Source: an uncultured Gemmatimonadales bacterium (GTDB taxonomy: Bacteria > Gemmatimonadota > Gemmatimonadetes > Longimicrobiales > RSA9). From it: DNA of 64,000 bases. The DNA lies in NCBI GenBank assembly GCA_963816355.1, contig CAWFKH010000003.1, forward strand, positions 384,001 through 448,000. Reading direction: 5' to 3'. Below are positions 52,505 to 62,057 of this stretch, piece after piece (within the stretch, counting starts at the first letter, position 1; every line of letters starts with the position of its first letter). The translations under genes and the position numbers were made by a program. A model generated the notes under the pieces. It searched no databases, had not been told where the DNA came from, and worked only from the letters and a program-made list of their open reading frames with translations.

Positions 52505-53986
52505 ATGTCGCTATCGAACCTCACCGAGTACCTGCGGGCGCTCGACGACGCCGGCGAGCTCGTCCGCATCCGCGAGCCGCTCTCCGTCGTGCTGGAGATC
52601 GCCGAGGTCGCCGACCGCGTGATGAAGTCCGAAGGCGGAGGGCGGGCGCTGCTCTTCGAGCGGCCGCGGCTCGCCGACGGAAGCGCCTCCGCCATCCCGG
52701 TCGCGATCAACCTCTTCGGCTCATGGCGCCGCATGGCGATGGCGCTCGGCGTCGGCGACGTGCGCGAGCACGGCGAGCGCATCGCGCGCCTGATGCAGCC
52801 GGAGATCCCGAAGGGGTTCTGGGCGAAGGTGCAGGCGCTGCCGAAGTTCGCGGAGCTGGCGAAGGTGCCGCCGAAGACGCTGCGTGGAAAAGCGCCGTGC
52901 CAGGCGGTCGTGTGGGAGGGGGACGCGCTGGACCTGGGGCGGCTACCCGTCATGACGTCGTGGCCGGGCGACGCGGGTCCGTTCGTGACGATGCCGATGG
53001 TGATCACGCGCGACCCCGAGAGCGGCGTGCAGAACGTGGGCATGTACCGCATGCAGGTGACGGGGCGCGACACCACGTTCATGCACTGGCAGCGGCACAA
53101 GGGCGGCGCCGCGCACTACCGGCGCTACCGCGAGCTGGGCATCGAGCGCATGCCGGTCGCCGTGGCGATCGGCGCCGACCCCGCGACGATGTACACGCCC
53201 ACGGCGCCGCTGCCGCCCGGCATCGACGAGTACCTCTTCAGCGGCTTCCTGCGCCGGGAGCCGCTGCTCGTCACCGAGGCGACGCTCTCCGATCTGCGCG
53301 TCCCGGCGGAGGCGGAGATCGTGCTCGAGGGGTGGGTCGACCCGGCGGAGCCGCTCGGCATGGAGGGGCCGTTCGGCGACCACACCGGCTTTTACACGCC
53401 CGCGGACCGCTTCCCCCTATTCCACGTCGAGCGCGTCACGATGCGCGAGGACGCTGTCTACGCCTCGACGATCGTCGGTCGGCCGCCGATGGAGGACTAC
53501 TACCTCGGCGGCGCCACGGAGCGGATCTTCCTGCCGCTGCTGCGGCTGACGCAGCCGGAGATCGTCGACTACCACATGCCGGCCGAGGGCATCTTCCACA
53601 ACATGGTGCTGGTGAGCATCCGGAAGGAGTATCCGGGTCACGCCTACAAGGTGATGAACGGCCTCTGGGGGCAGGGTCTTATGAGCCTGGCCAAGCTGAT
53701 CGTGGTGGTGGACGCCGACATCGACGTGCACGACCCCGCCCAGGTCTGGTGGTACGCCCTCAACAACATCGATCCCGAGCGCGACGTCCGCTTCAGCATG
53801 GGTCCCGTCGACGACCTCGACCACGCCGCCCGCGCCCCGGCCTTCGGCTCCAAGATGGGGATCGACGGCACCCGCAAGCTGCCGGAAGAGGCGCACGACC
53901 GGGAGTGGCCGGAGGTGATCCGCATGGATCCGGAAGTGCGCCGGCGCATCGACGCCCTGTGGCCGACACTCGGAATCGATGGCTGA
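52505..53986 (+). CDS. ubiD: UbiD-family (menaquinone/futalosine MqnL-type) decarboxylase
   Basis: NVGMYRMQ, HWQRHKGG, EGPFGDHTGFY, KMGIDGT. Confidence 0.92.
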   Translation: MSLSNLTEYLRALDDAGELVRIREPLSVVLEIAEVADRVMKSEGGGRALLFERPRLADGSASAIPVAINLFGSWRRMAMALGVGDVREHGERIARLMQPEIPKGFWAKVQALPKFAELAKVPPKTLRGKAPCQAVVWEGDALDLGRLPVMTSWPGDAGPFVTMPMVITRDPESGVQNVGMYRMQVTGRDTTFMHWQRHKGGAAHYRRYRELGIERMPVAVAIGADPATMYTPTAPLPPGIDEYLFSGFLRREPLLVTEATLSDLRVPAEAEIVLEGWVDPAEPLGMEGPFGDHTGFYTPADRFPLFHVERVTMREDAVYASTIVGRPPMEDYYLGGATERIFLPLLRLTQPEIVDYHMPAEGIFHNMVLVSIRKEYPGHAYKVMNGLWGQGLMSLAKLIVVVDADIDVHDPAQVWWYALNNIDPERDVRFSMGPVDDLDHAARAPAFGSKMGIDGTRKLPEEAHDREWPEVIRMDPEVRRRIDALWPTLGIDG

Positions 53987-54935
53987 GGCGTCGGCCGTGC
54001 AGGGGCCGCGCGGCGGGCGCGAGGGCCAGACCTTCGCCGGCGAGTCGCTGCTGGCGCGCTTCGCCAGCTTCGTCAAGCTGCCGCACACCCTCTTCGCCCT
54101 CCCCTTCGCCGGCGTCGGCGCCCTTCTCGGCAGCTATCGGCGGCCGGGCGGGATCGGCCCCGTGAGCGCGCTGTGGATCGTCGTCGCGTTCACCGCCGCG
54201 CGCTTCGCCGCGATGGCCTTCAACCGCATCGTCGACGCGGAGTACGACGCCGCCAATCCGCGCACGCGCCTGCGCGAGCTGCCCACCGGCCGCCTCACGC
54301 CGCTGCAGGCGGCGCTTTCCGTCATCGCCGCCGCCGGTGTCTTCGTCTTCGCGGCGTGGCGCCTCAACCCGCTCTGCGGCTGGCTCGCGCCGCTCGCGCT
54401 GGCGTGGATCTTCTTCTACTCCTACACCAAGCGCTTCACGGCCGGCGCGCACCTCGTGCTCGGCTTCGCCCTCGGCATCGCGCCCGTCGGCGCCTACCTC
54501 GCCGTCACCGGCGCCTGGGCACGGCCGTGGTACGCCCTCGTGGTGCTCGCCTCCGCCGTCATGTGCTGGGTCGCGGGCTTCGACATCGTCTACAGCCTGC
54601 AGGACGAGGCGTTCGACCGCACCCACGGCCTCCACTCGATCCCCGCGAGCGTGGGGCCGCGGCGCGCCCTCGTCCTCGCGCGCACGCTGCACGGCCTCGC
54701 CGTCGCGCAGTTCGCCCTGGTGTGGGCGCTCGGCTGGTTCGGCGTCGGCTGGCTCTACGCCGCCGCCGTGCTCGTCATGGCGGTCGTGCTCCACCTGGGC
54801 CACCGCCACGTCCGGGACGTGCCCGGCGGCGCGATCGACGTCCTCAAGATCGATCGCGCCTTCTTCCGCACCAACATCGTGGTCTCCACGACGTTCTTCG
54901 CGCTCACGCTCCTCGACCGCCTGCTGCTCGCGTGA
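53979..54935 (+). CDS. ubiA: UbiA-family prenyltransferase (MqnP-type)
   Basis: HTLFALPFA, NRIVD..DAANPRT, YSYTKRF, GFDIVYSLQD. Confidence 0.92.
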   Translation: MAEASAVQGPRGGREGQTFAGESLLARFASFVKLPHTLFALPFAGVGALLGSYRRPGGIGPVSALWIVVAFTAARFAAMAFNRIVDAEYDAANPRTRLRELPTGRLTPLQAALSVIAAAGVFVFAAWRLNPLCGWLAPLALAWIFFYSYTKRFTAGAHLVLGFALGIAPVGAYLAVTGAWARPWYALVVLASAVMCWVAGFDIVYSLQDEAFDRTHGLHSIPASVGPRRALVLARTLHGLAVAQFALVWALGWFGVGWLYAAAVLVMAVVLHLGHRHVRDVPGGAIDVLKIDRAFFRTNIVVSTTFFALTLLDRLLLA

Positions 54936-55651
54936 CGACGCCCGCCGCAACGCCGCCCGAGGTGCCGCCGGTCCCGCCCTCTTCCAGCCTCCCGCCGTCT
55001 TCCAGCCTCGCGGCGGGCTGGGTGCCGCGCGTTCCGCCACCCGGGGACGAAGCGCCGCCCGTGACCGTGGCGATCACGGGCGCGTCCGGCGCGGTCTACG
55101 GCGTGCGGCTGCTCGAGGAACTGAACGCCGCGCGCGTGCCGGTGCGACTCGTCGTCTCCGCGACCGGCTGGCGCCTGCTCCGCGAGGAGCTCGACATCGC
55201 CGGCGAGGAAGCGCTGCGGCGGCGCACCGGCGACTGGCGCCGCGTGGTGCTCTTCGACGACGGCGACCGCGGCGCCACCCCGGCATCGGGATCGGCGCCG
55301 TCGCGTGGCATGGTGATCTGCCCCTGCTCGATGGGGACGCTCGCGAGCATCGCCCAGGGGACGACGCGCTCCCTCGTCGAGCGCGCCGCCGACGTGTGCC
55401 TCAAGGAGCGCCGGCCGCTCATCCTCGTGCCGCGTGAGACGCCCTACTCGGCGATCCACCTGGAGAACATGCTGCGCCTGACGCGCGCGGGCGCCGTCGT
55501 GCTGCCGGCCTCGCCCGGCTTCTACCACCGCCCGGCGCGGATCGAGGATCTCGTGGATTTCGTCGTCGCGCGGGTGCTGGGGCAACTCGGGATCGAGACG
55601 GACGTGGGGCCACGGTGGAGCAGTGGGGAGCGCGAGAGGGCGGGCGGGTGA
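54932..55651 (+). CDS. ubiX: UbiX flavin prenyltransferase
   Basis: ITGASG, ASGS, PCSMGTL, RAADVCLKE, PRETP, PGFY; start may be 55061. Confidence 0.92.
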   Translation: MTTPAATPPEVPPVPPSSSLPPSSSLAAGWVPRVPPPGDEAPPVTVAITGASGAVYGVRLLEELNAARVPVRLVVSATGWRLLREELDIAGEEALRRRTGDWRRVVLFDDGDRGATPASGSAPSRGMVICPCSMGTLASIAQGTTRSLVERAADVCLKERRPLILVPRETPYSAIHLENMLRLTRAGAVVLPASPGFYHRPARIEDLVDFVVARVLGQLGIETDVGPRWSSGERERAGG

Positions 55652-55705
55652 GGCGGATCGGGGTGAGGCGGATCGGGGTGAGGCGGATCGGGCGGAGGCG
55701 GATCG
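55646..55705 (+). repeat. 15-bp tandem repeat GGGTGAGGCGGATCG x3 + 1 variant
   Basis: Seen directly. Confidence 0.9.
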
Positions 55706-55721
55706 GACGACGCGGGTCGGA

Positions 55722-56192
55722 ATGCACGTGATCGGTCTGGTCAGCGACACGCACGGCTTGCTGCGGCCGGCGCTGTTCGACCGGTTCGATGGCGTCGAGC
55801 GGATCGTGCACGCGGGCGACATCGGCTCGGCGTCCATCCTCGACGCACTCCGGGCGTTGGCGCCGGTGAGCGCCGTGCACGGGAACACGGACGGTCCGGA
55901 GGTCCGCGCGGAGGCGCCCGCCACGGTGCGCTTCGACGTGGGTGGGCTCGCGGTCGTCGTGGAGCACGGGCACCGGCTCGGGAGTCCCACCCCGGCCGCC
56001 CTGCGAGAGGCGCATCCCGACGCCGACATCATCGTCTACGGCCACACGCACCGGGCGCTGATCGAACGGGCGGGGGGCGCGCTGGTGGTCAATCCGGGCG
56101 CCGCGGGTCCGGCCCGCTTCCGAGCGCGGCCATCCGCGGCGATCCTGCGGATCGACGAGGGGGCCGCTCAGGTCGAGATCGTGGAGCTGTAG
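55722..56192 (+). CDS. YfcE-like metallophosphoesterase
   Basis: SDTH, HAGD, GNTD, HGH, GHTH, NPG. Confidence 0.92.
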   Translation: MHVIGLVSDTHGLLRPALFDRFDGVERIVHAGDIGSASILDALRALAPVSAVHGNTDGPEVRAEAPATVRFDVGGLAVVVEHGHRLGSPTPAALREAHPDADIIVYGHTHRALIERAGGALVVNPGAAGPARFRARPSAAILRIDEGAAQVEIVEL

Positions 56193-57250
56193 CGCCCCGG
56201 CGCCGTGTGCGCGCGTTCTTCGGGCCGGATGCGGAACCAGCGCGCGACCAGGAGCGCCTCGGCGAGCCGGTCCGGCGGCAGGCGGTCGGGCGCGGGCGGC
56301 GCTCCCGTGAAGGCGCGCTCGACGCGCCGGCGCTCGACCGGCGGCGCGCACTCGTCCACGATGTGGCCGCGCCGGATGAGGTAGACGCGGTCGTCGCCCG
56401 CCCAGCCGCGAACGTGGTAGACGAACGAGAGCGAGGCGAGCTCCTCGCGCATCGCGACGAGCTCTTCCCGCAGGCTGCCGAGCGCCTCGAGGCGGTCCCT
56501 CAGGCGTGCCGCGCGCTCGAACTCGAGGCGCCGCGAGGCCGCGTCCATTTCCCGCTCCAGCGCGCGCAGCGGCTGATCCGACTCGCCCAGCAGGAACGCG
56601 CGCGCGATCGCGAGGCGCTCGTCGTATTCGGCCTGCGTGCAGCCGCCCGCGCACGGTGCCACGCAGCGGCCGATCTCGCCGCGCCAGCAGTGGGGCTCCC
56701 CGCGGTGGCCGAAGAGGTCGATCTGGTCGGCGAAGCGGAGCGGGGTGGAGGCGGCGCAGTCGCGCAGGCCGAGAACGTCCGTGAGCGCGCGCACCGCCGC
56801 GTCCACGCGTCTCCTCCCGCGCACCGGGCCGTGGCACTCCGACCGGTCGCGCGGCGGCCGTCCCACGACGCCCAGGCGGGCGGCCGGCTCGTGCGTGATC
56901 CGCACGAAACAGAGGCCCCGCATCCCCTTGTGCTGCACGTTGTACGGCGGGCGGTGGCGGCGGATCAGGCGCAGCTCGTGGCGGAGCGCCGCGAACTCGC
57001 TCGGCACGTAATCCCATTCGACGCGCTCCGCGAAGCCCACGATCTCGGACGCCTTCTCGCCCCGCGGCGCGCGGAAATAGGAGAGGAGCCGCGTCCGCAC
57101 GCGGACGGACTTGCCGACGTAGAGGAGCGCCCCACCCGGGCCGACCATGCGGTAGACGCCCGGCCGGTTCTCGGCGTGCTCGCGCACGTGCTCGCGCAGC
57201 GCGCGCAGCCGGTCCGTCGTGCCGTGGCGGCTCCCCTTCAGCGCTGGCAT
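56168..57250 (-). CDS. GIY-YIG nuclease, UvrC N-terminal half (Cho-like)
   Basis: PGVYRM..LYVGKS..RLLSYF, PPYN, Cys cluster, UVR motif FERAARLRD. Confidence 0.8.
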   Translation of the reverse strand: MPALKGSRHGTTDRLRALREHVREHAENRPGVYRMVGPGGALLYVGKSVRVRTRLLSYFRAPRGEKASEIVGFAERVEWDYVPSEFAALRHELRLIRRHRPPYNVQHKGMRGLCFVRITHEPAARLGVVGRPPRDRSECHGPVRGRRRVDAAVRALTDVLGLRDCAASTPLRFADQIDLFGHRGEPHCWRGEIGRCVAPCAGGCTQAEYDERLAIARAFLLGESDQPLRALEREMDAASRRLEFERAARLRDRLEALGSLREELVAMREELASLSFVYHVRGWAGDDRVYLIRRGHIVDECAPPVERRRVERAFTGAPPAPDRLPPDRLAEALLVARWFRIRPEERAHTAPGRYSSTIST

Positions 57251-58062
57251 CGCGGGCAGTAGAACGCGGACCGGCCGGCCAGCACGACGCGCTTGATCGT
57301 CGTGCCGCAGCGCGAGCACGGTTCGCCTTCGCGTCCGTAGACCCGCAGTCGTGGCTCGAATCCTCCCGCCTCGCCGCTCCCGTCGCGATAGTCGCGCAGC
57401 GTCGTGCCGCGCGCCTCGATCGCCTCCGCCAGCACCTCGCGCAGCGCGTCGCGCAGCCGCGCCGTCTCCGCCCGCGTCAGGCCGGCCGCGCGCCGGCGCG
57501 GCCGCACGCCGGCGCGGTGGAGGGCTTCGTTCGCGTAGATGTTGCCGACGCCGGCAATGCGGCCCTGGTCGAGCAGCAGGGAGCGGATCGGCGTGCGCGC
57601 TCGGCGGGTGAGCGCGTGCATGCGCGCGGGCGTGAGCGCGTCGTCGAACGGCTCGACGCCGAGCGCGTCGTCGCGGCGCCGCCACGCCTCCGGGACCAGG
57701 TGCTCGATGCGGCCGAAGCGGCGGGCGTCGTCGTAGAGCAGCGCGTCCCCGTCGTCGAGGCCGAAGCGCACGGCGACGTGGCGCAGTTCGGCCGCACGTG
57801 GGGCCCGCGAGGCGACGAGGCGGCCGGTCATGCCCAGGTTGACGAGGAGGATCGTGCCGTCGTCGAGGCCCACCACCACGTTCTTGCCGCGCCGGCCGAC
57901 GCGCTCCACGGAGCGCCCGCGCACGCGCTCCGCCAGCCGGCCCGGCGTCAGCGCCGGACCGAGAACATCGGCGTGGGCGACGTCCACGCCGACGATGCGT
58001 CGCCCCACGACGCGGCGTCGCAGGTCGGCCGCGATCGTCTCCGCCTCAGGCAGCTCCGGCAC
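57238..58062 (-). CDS. mutM: Formamidopyrimidine-DNA glycosylase
   Basis: PELPE, RRGK, LGMTG, GVGNIYANE, C-terminal Zn finger. Confidence 0.96.
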   Translation of the reverse strand: MPELPEAETIAADLRRRVVGRRIVGVDVAHADVLGPALTPGRLAERVRGRSVERVGRRGKNVVVGLDDGTILLVNLGMTGRLVASRAPRAAELRHVAVRFGLDDGDALLYDDARRFGRIEHLVPEAWRRRDDALGVEPFDDALTPARMHALTRRARTPIRSLLLDQGRIAGVGNIYANEALHRAGVRPRRRAAGLTRAETARLRDALREVLAEAIEARGTTLRDYRDGSGEAGGFEPRLRVYGREGEPCSRCGTTIKRVVLAGRSAFYCPRCQR

Positions 58063-59359
58063 CGCGCTCGATCTCGCGCCAGCCGATGTCGTCGCGGAAG
58101 TAGCGGCCGTCGAACTCGATCGCGGCGGCCGCCTCCCGGCTGCGCTGCGCCGCCTCCGCGATCGTCGGCGCGAGCGCCGTCACGGCGAGGACGCGGCCGC
58201 CGGACGTGACGAGGCGCCCCTCGCCGTCGCGCCGCGTCCCGGCGTGGAAGACGACCACGTCGTCCGCTTCCTCGATCGCGCGGGGGATGCGGATCGGCTT
58301 CCCCTTCTCGTACGTCCCGGGATAGCCGCCGGACGCGATGACGGTCGTGAGCGACGCCGCCGCGCGCCACCGCGGCGACAGCCCCTCGATCGAGTCGCCG
58401 CGCGCGATCGCCAGCATCGGCTCGAGCAGCGAGCTCTCCAGCAGCGGCAGGAGCGCCTGCGTCTCCGGATCGCCGAAGCGCGCGTTGAACTCGATCACCT
58501 TCGGCCCCTCCTCCGTCAGCATCAGTCCCGCGTAGAGCAGGCCGCGGAACGGACGCTCGTCCTCGCGCAGCGCGTCCAGCGTCGGCTGCACGATGCGACG
58601 GTCGACCTCCTCCATGAAGCCCTCCGGGAGGCCCCTCACCGGCGCGTACGCGCCCATGCCGCCGGTGTTCGGGCCGGTGTCTCCCACGCCGATCCGCTTG
58701 TGGTCCTGCGCCGGGATCATCGAGACCCCCCGCTCGCCATCCGTGAGCACGAAGACCGAGACCTCCTCGCCGTGCAGCCGCTCCTCGACCACCACCTCCG
58801 CCCCCGCGCCGCCGAACGTGCCGTGCACCAGCATGTCGCGCACCGCCGCCACCGCCTCCTCCGCGTCGTCGCAGACGACGGCGCCCTTGCCCGCAGCGAG
58901 ACCGGACGCCTTCACGACCATGCCGCCGCCGCTTCCACCGCGCTCGGCCGCCTCGCCGCGGATGTAGGCTTCGGCGGCGTCGCTTTCGGTAAATGTACGG
59001 TACGCCGCCGTCGGCACGCCAGCCTCCTGCATGAGCGTCTTGGCGTACGCCTTGGAGGCCTCGATGGCGGTGGCGGCCGCGGAGGGTCCGAACGCGGGGA
59101 TGCCTTCGCGGTTGAACAGGTCGACGAGGCCGGCGGCGAGGGGGGCTTCGGGGCCGACGACGGCGAGGTCGACGCCGTTCTGGCGTGCCCAGGCGCCGAG
59201 GGCGGGGCCATCGTCGGGATCGAGGGGGAGGTGGGTGGCGAGCGCGCCGGTGCCGCCGTTGCCGCGGGTGACGAAGAGCTCGGCGGTCGGGTCGTCACGG
59301 TGGATCTTCCAGAGGAGCGCGTGCTCGCGCCCCCCGCTGCCGACGACGAGGACTCTCAT
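58046..59359 (-). CDS. purD: Phosphoribosylamine-glycine ligase
   Basis: GSGGREHA, GLAAGKG, QDHKR, NTGGMGAY, EFNARFGDPE. Confidence 0.98.
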   Translation of the reverse strand: MRVLVVGSGGREHALLWKIHRDDPTAELFVTRGNGGTGALATHLPLDPDDGPALGAWARQNGVDLAVVGPEAPLAAGLVDLFNREGIPAFGPSAAATAIEASKAYAKTLMQEAGVPTAAYRTFTESDAAEAYIRGEAAERGGSGGGMVVKASGLAAGKGAVVCDDAEEAVAAVRDMLVHGTFGGAGAEVVVEERLHGEEVSVFVLTDGERGVSMIPAQDHKRIGVGDTGPNTGGMGAYAPVRGLPEGFMEEVDRRIVQPTLDALREDERPFRGLLYAGLMLTEEGPKVIEFNARFGDPETQALLPLLESSLLEPMLAIARGDSIEGLSPRWRAAASLTTVIASGGYPGTYEKGKPIRIPRAIEEADDVVVFHAGTRRDGEGRLVTSGGRVLAVTALAPTIAEAAQRSREAAAAIEFDGRYFRDDIGWREIERGAGAA

Positions 59360-59389
59360 GGCGGATCGGGGGTGCGGGTGGTGGGATCT

Positions 59390-60370
59390 CTAGATGTTCT
59401 TGAGCCCCTCGGCCATCGCGTCCCTGACGCGCCGGGCGGCGTCGGCCATCTGGCCGGCGAAGGTGCCGGCGTCGTGCGCGTACGCCCTGGCGGCGGCGGA
59501 GATGTCGTCGCGGTAGGGCGGCTTCTCCTCGTCGCGGCGGCGGTACTCTCCGCGAATGACGCGGTCGTACTCGCCGGCCTGGATCCAGTCGCGCAGCTCG
59601 GCGACGCGGAGCACGGGGAAGGGGTGCGTGGAGAGGAGCAGGTTGAGGACCTTGAAGACGTTGTCGGCGACGTCGCCCGCCTCGCGGTACTCGTCGGCCT
59701 GGCGGATGAACTCGTTGAGGTCGAGCTCGTCGGACCTGCCGCCGCCGGCGAGCTTCATGAAGGCGTTCATGACGGCGTCCGGCTTCTGGACCGCGAGCAG
59801 CCCGGCGCGGTCGCAGGAGAGCTCGCTCTTGCGGCTCCACTCGAGGAGGCCGAGGAGGACGCCGCGGGCGGCGAGTCCGACGATCGGGAAGCCGGACTGC
59901 GCGAGCTTCAGGAGGAGGACCATCATCGTCCGGTAGAGGACGTGGCCGGAGAGGATGTGGCCCAGCTCATGGCCGATGAGGAAGCTCACCTCGTCGTCGT
60001 CGAGCAGACGGATCGCGCCGGAGTTGAGGATGATGAACGGCTCGTTCATGCCGTACGCGCCGGCGTTGACGATCGGCGTCTGCGAGAGGAAGAGCGGGTA
60101 CGGCTCGGAGTCGAGGGTGCGGAGCACTTCGTCGTAGAGCTTCTGGATGCGCGGGAACTGGCGGGGCGAGACGCGCACCGCGTTGGCCTGGAAGGCGAGG
60201 CGCACCGGCTTCTCGCCGAAGAAGCCGAAGAGCTTGCGGAGCACCTCGTCGAAGGCGGGCACGCGGCGCAGCGCCTGCAGCGCCGCGCGGTCCGCCGGAT
60301 GCTCCCACGCGTCCGGGCCGATGCCGGTGAGGATGACCGGCCCGCTCCGCGGTTCCAGGGTGTCGCTCAT
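59390..60370 (-). CDS. M48 family zinc metallopeptidase
   Basis: WEHPAD, HELGH, ELSCDRAG, STHP. Confidence 0.9.
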   Translation of the reverse strand: MSDTLEPRSGPVILTGIGPDAWEHPADRAALQALRRVPAFDEVLRKLFGFFGEKPVRLAFQANAVRVSPRQFPRIQKLYDEVLRTLDSEPYPLFLSQTPIVNAGAYGMNEPFIILNSGAIRLLDDDEVSFLIGHELGHILSGHVLYRTMMVLLLKLAQSGFPIVGLAARGVLLGLLEWSRKSELSCDRAGLLAVQKPDAVMNAFMKLAGGGRSDELDLNEFIRQADEYREAGDVADNVFKVLNLLLSTHPFPVLRVAELRDWIQAGEYDRVIRGEYRRRDEEKPPYRDDISAAARAYAHDAGTFAGQMADAARRVRDAMAEGLKNI

Positions 60371-60536
60371 TCGATGGCTCCGGTTTAAAGGCTCCTGCCC
60401 GTTGGTACGTCCTGCGCGGGAGGAAGGTTTCGGGCTCAGCGCCGGCGCGAGGGTCGCACCGACCGGTAGGCGCCGCCGGCAAAGCGCGCCTCCGAAGCGG
60501 TCTGGGTCTGCAGAGGAGGGTCGCAGACTCCCCCCG

Positions 60537-60636
60537 CAGACCGTGTCCCGCAGACCCCCCTCAGACCGTGTCCCCCAGACCCCCCTCAGACCGTGTCCCC
60601 CAGACCCCCCTCAGACCGTGTCCCCCAGACCCCCCT
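60537..60636. repeat. 25-bp tandem repeat CAGACCGTGTCCCCCAGACCCCCCT x4
   Basis: Copies start at 60537, 60562, 60587, 60612; degenerate CAGACC units continue to about 60663. Confidence 0.9.
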
Positions 60637-60701
60637 CAGACCCCCTCCCCAGACCCCAGACCGATCGCCGAGCCCAAGCTCCAGACGTGCGCCCCCCCCG
60701 C

Positions 60702-61865
60702 CTACTCCCGCAGCGCCCCCTCCAGATCCCCCACAAGATCCTCCACGTCCTCGATGCCGACGGAAAGCCGCAGCAAGCCGTCGCTGATCCCCATGGCGCG
60801 GCGGCGGTCCTCGGGGATCGAGGCGTGGGTCATGAGGGCGGGGTGTCCGATCAGGCTCTCGACGCCGCCGAGGCTCTCGGCGAGGGCGAACAGGCGGGTC
60901 CGGCTCGCGACGCGGCGGGCGCGCTCGAGGGAACCGAGCTCCATGCTGACCATGCCGGTGAAGCCGTCCATCTGGCGGCGGGCGAGGTCGTGCTGGGGAT
61001 GGGAGGGAAGGCCGGGATAGTAGACCCGCTCGACGGCGGGGTGCGCTTCGAGGAACTCGGCGACGCGCAGGCCATTGCGGTTGTGCGCCTGCATGCGCAG
61101 GTGCAGCGTCTTCGTGCCGCGCATCACCAGCCAGGAATCGAACGGGCCCGGCACGGCGCCGGCGGCCTTCTGCAGGAAGCGCAGCTCGGCGGCGACGTCG
61201 TCGTCGCTCGTCACCGCGATGCCGCCGATCACATCGGAGTGCCCGTTCAAGTACTTCGTGCTGGAATGGACGACGATCGTGGCGCCCAGCTCGAGCGGGC
61301 GCTGGTTGAAGGGGGACGCGAACGTGTTGTCGACGCAGAGGTGGATCCCGGCGTCGCGGGCGATCGCGGCGGCGGCGCGCAGGTCGCTCACCCGCATCAT
61401 CGGGTTCGTCGGCGTCTCCAGGTGGATCAGCCGCGTCCGGGGCCGGATCGCGTCGCGGATCGCGTCCGGATCGCGCCCGTCGACGAAGGTGAACGCCAGC
61501 CCCAGCCGCTGGAGCACCTGCGTGAACATGCGGTGCGTGCCGCCGTAGACGTTCTCCTCGCTGACGACGTGGTCACCCGCGGAGAGGCGCTTGACGATCG
61601 CCTCGATCGCGGCGAGGCCGCTGGCGAACGCGACGCCGTGGCGGGCGCCCTCGAGCGCGGCGATGTTCGCCTCCATCGCCTCGCGCGTGGGGTTCTGGAC
61701 GCGCGCGTATTCGTAGCCGTGGCGCGGCTCGCCGAGCGCGTCCTGCACGTACGTCGACGTCTGGTAGATCGGCGGCATGACCGCGCCGGTCGCGGGGTCG
61801 GGGTGCTGGCCGGCGTGGACGGCGCGGGAGCCGAAGCGGAGGTCGGATTCGCTCATCGTTTCCAT
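60702..61865 (-). CDS. Cystathionine gamma-synthase/lyase
   Basis: PIYQTSTY, YARVQNPT, ETPTNP, HSSTKYLNGHSD, AESLGGVESL. Confidence 0.94.
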   Translation of the reverse strand: METMSESDLRFGSRAVHAGQHPDPATGAVMPPIYQTSTYVQDALGEPRHGYEYARVQNPTREAMEANIAALEGARHGVAFASGLAAIEAIVKRLSAGDHVVSEENVYGGTHRMFTQVLQRLGLAFTFVDGRDPDAIRDAIRPRTRLIHLETPTNPMMRVSDLRAAAAIARDAGIHLCVDNTFASPFNQRPLELGATIVVHSSTKYLNGHSDVIGGIAVTSDDDVAAELRFLQKAAGAVPGPFDSWLVMRGTKTLHLRMQAHNRNGLRVAEFLEAHPAVERVYYPGLPSHPQHDLARRQMDGFTGMVSMELGSLERARRVASRTRLFALAESLGGVESLIGHPALMTHASIPEDRRRAMGISDGLLRLSVGIEDVEDLVGDLEGALRE

Positions 61866-62057
61866 GTGGGATTCGGGTCTCGCGGAAGGTAAGGCGGAGT
61901 GCCACCCCGCAGCCAGGGCGCCGCGCCGGGGAGGAAGAGCGCCGCGGCGCCGCGGGGAGGCCGCCGCCGCCGCGGGGGCGCACGCCTCTTGCCGCGGTCC
62001 GGAGAAGGGGTCACCGTGGGCCCCGGGCGAACGCGGCGGCGACACGGAAGGGGAACC

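Noticed and set aside
60537..60636. CRISPR array
   Set aside because: Units are directly tandem with no unique spacers, and there are no cas genes in the window
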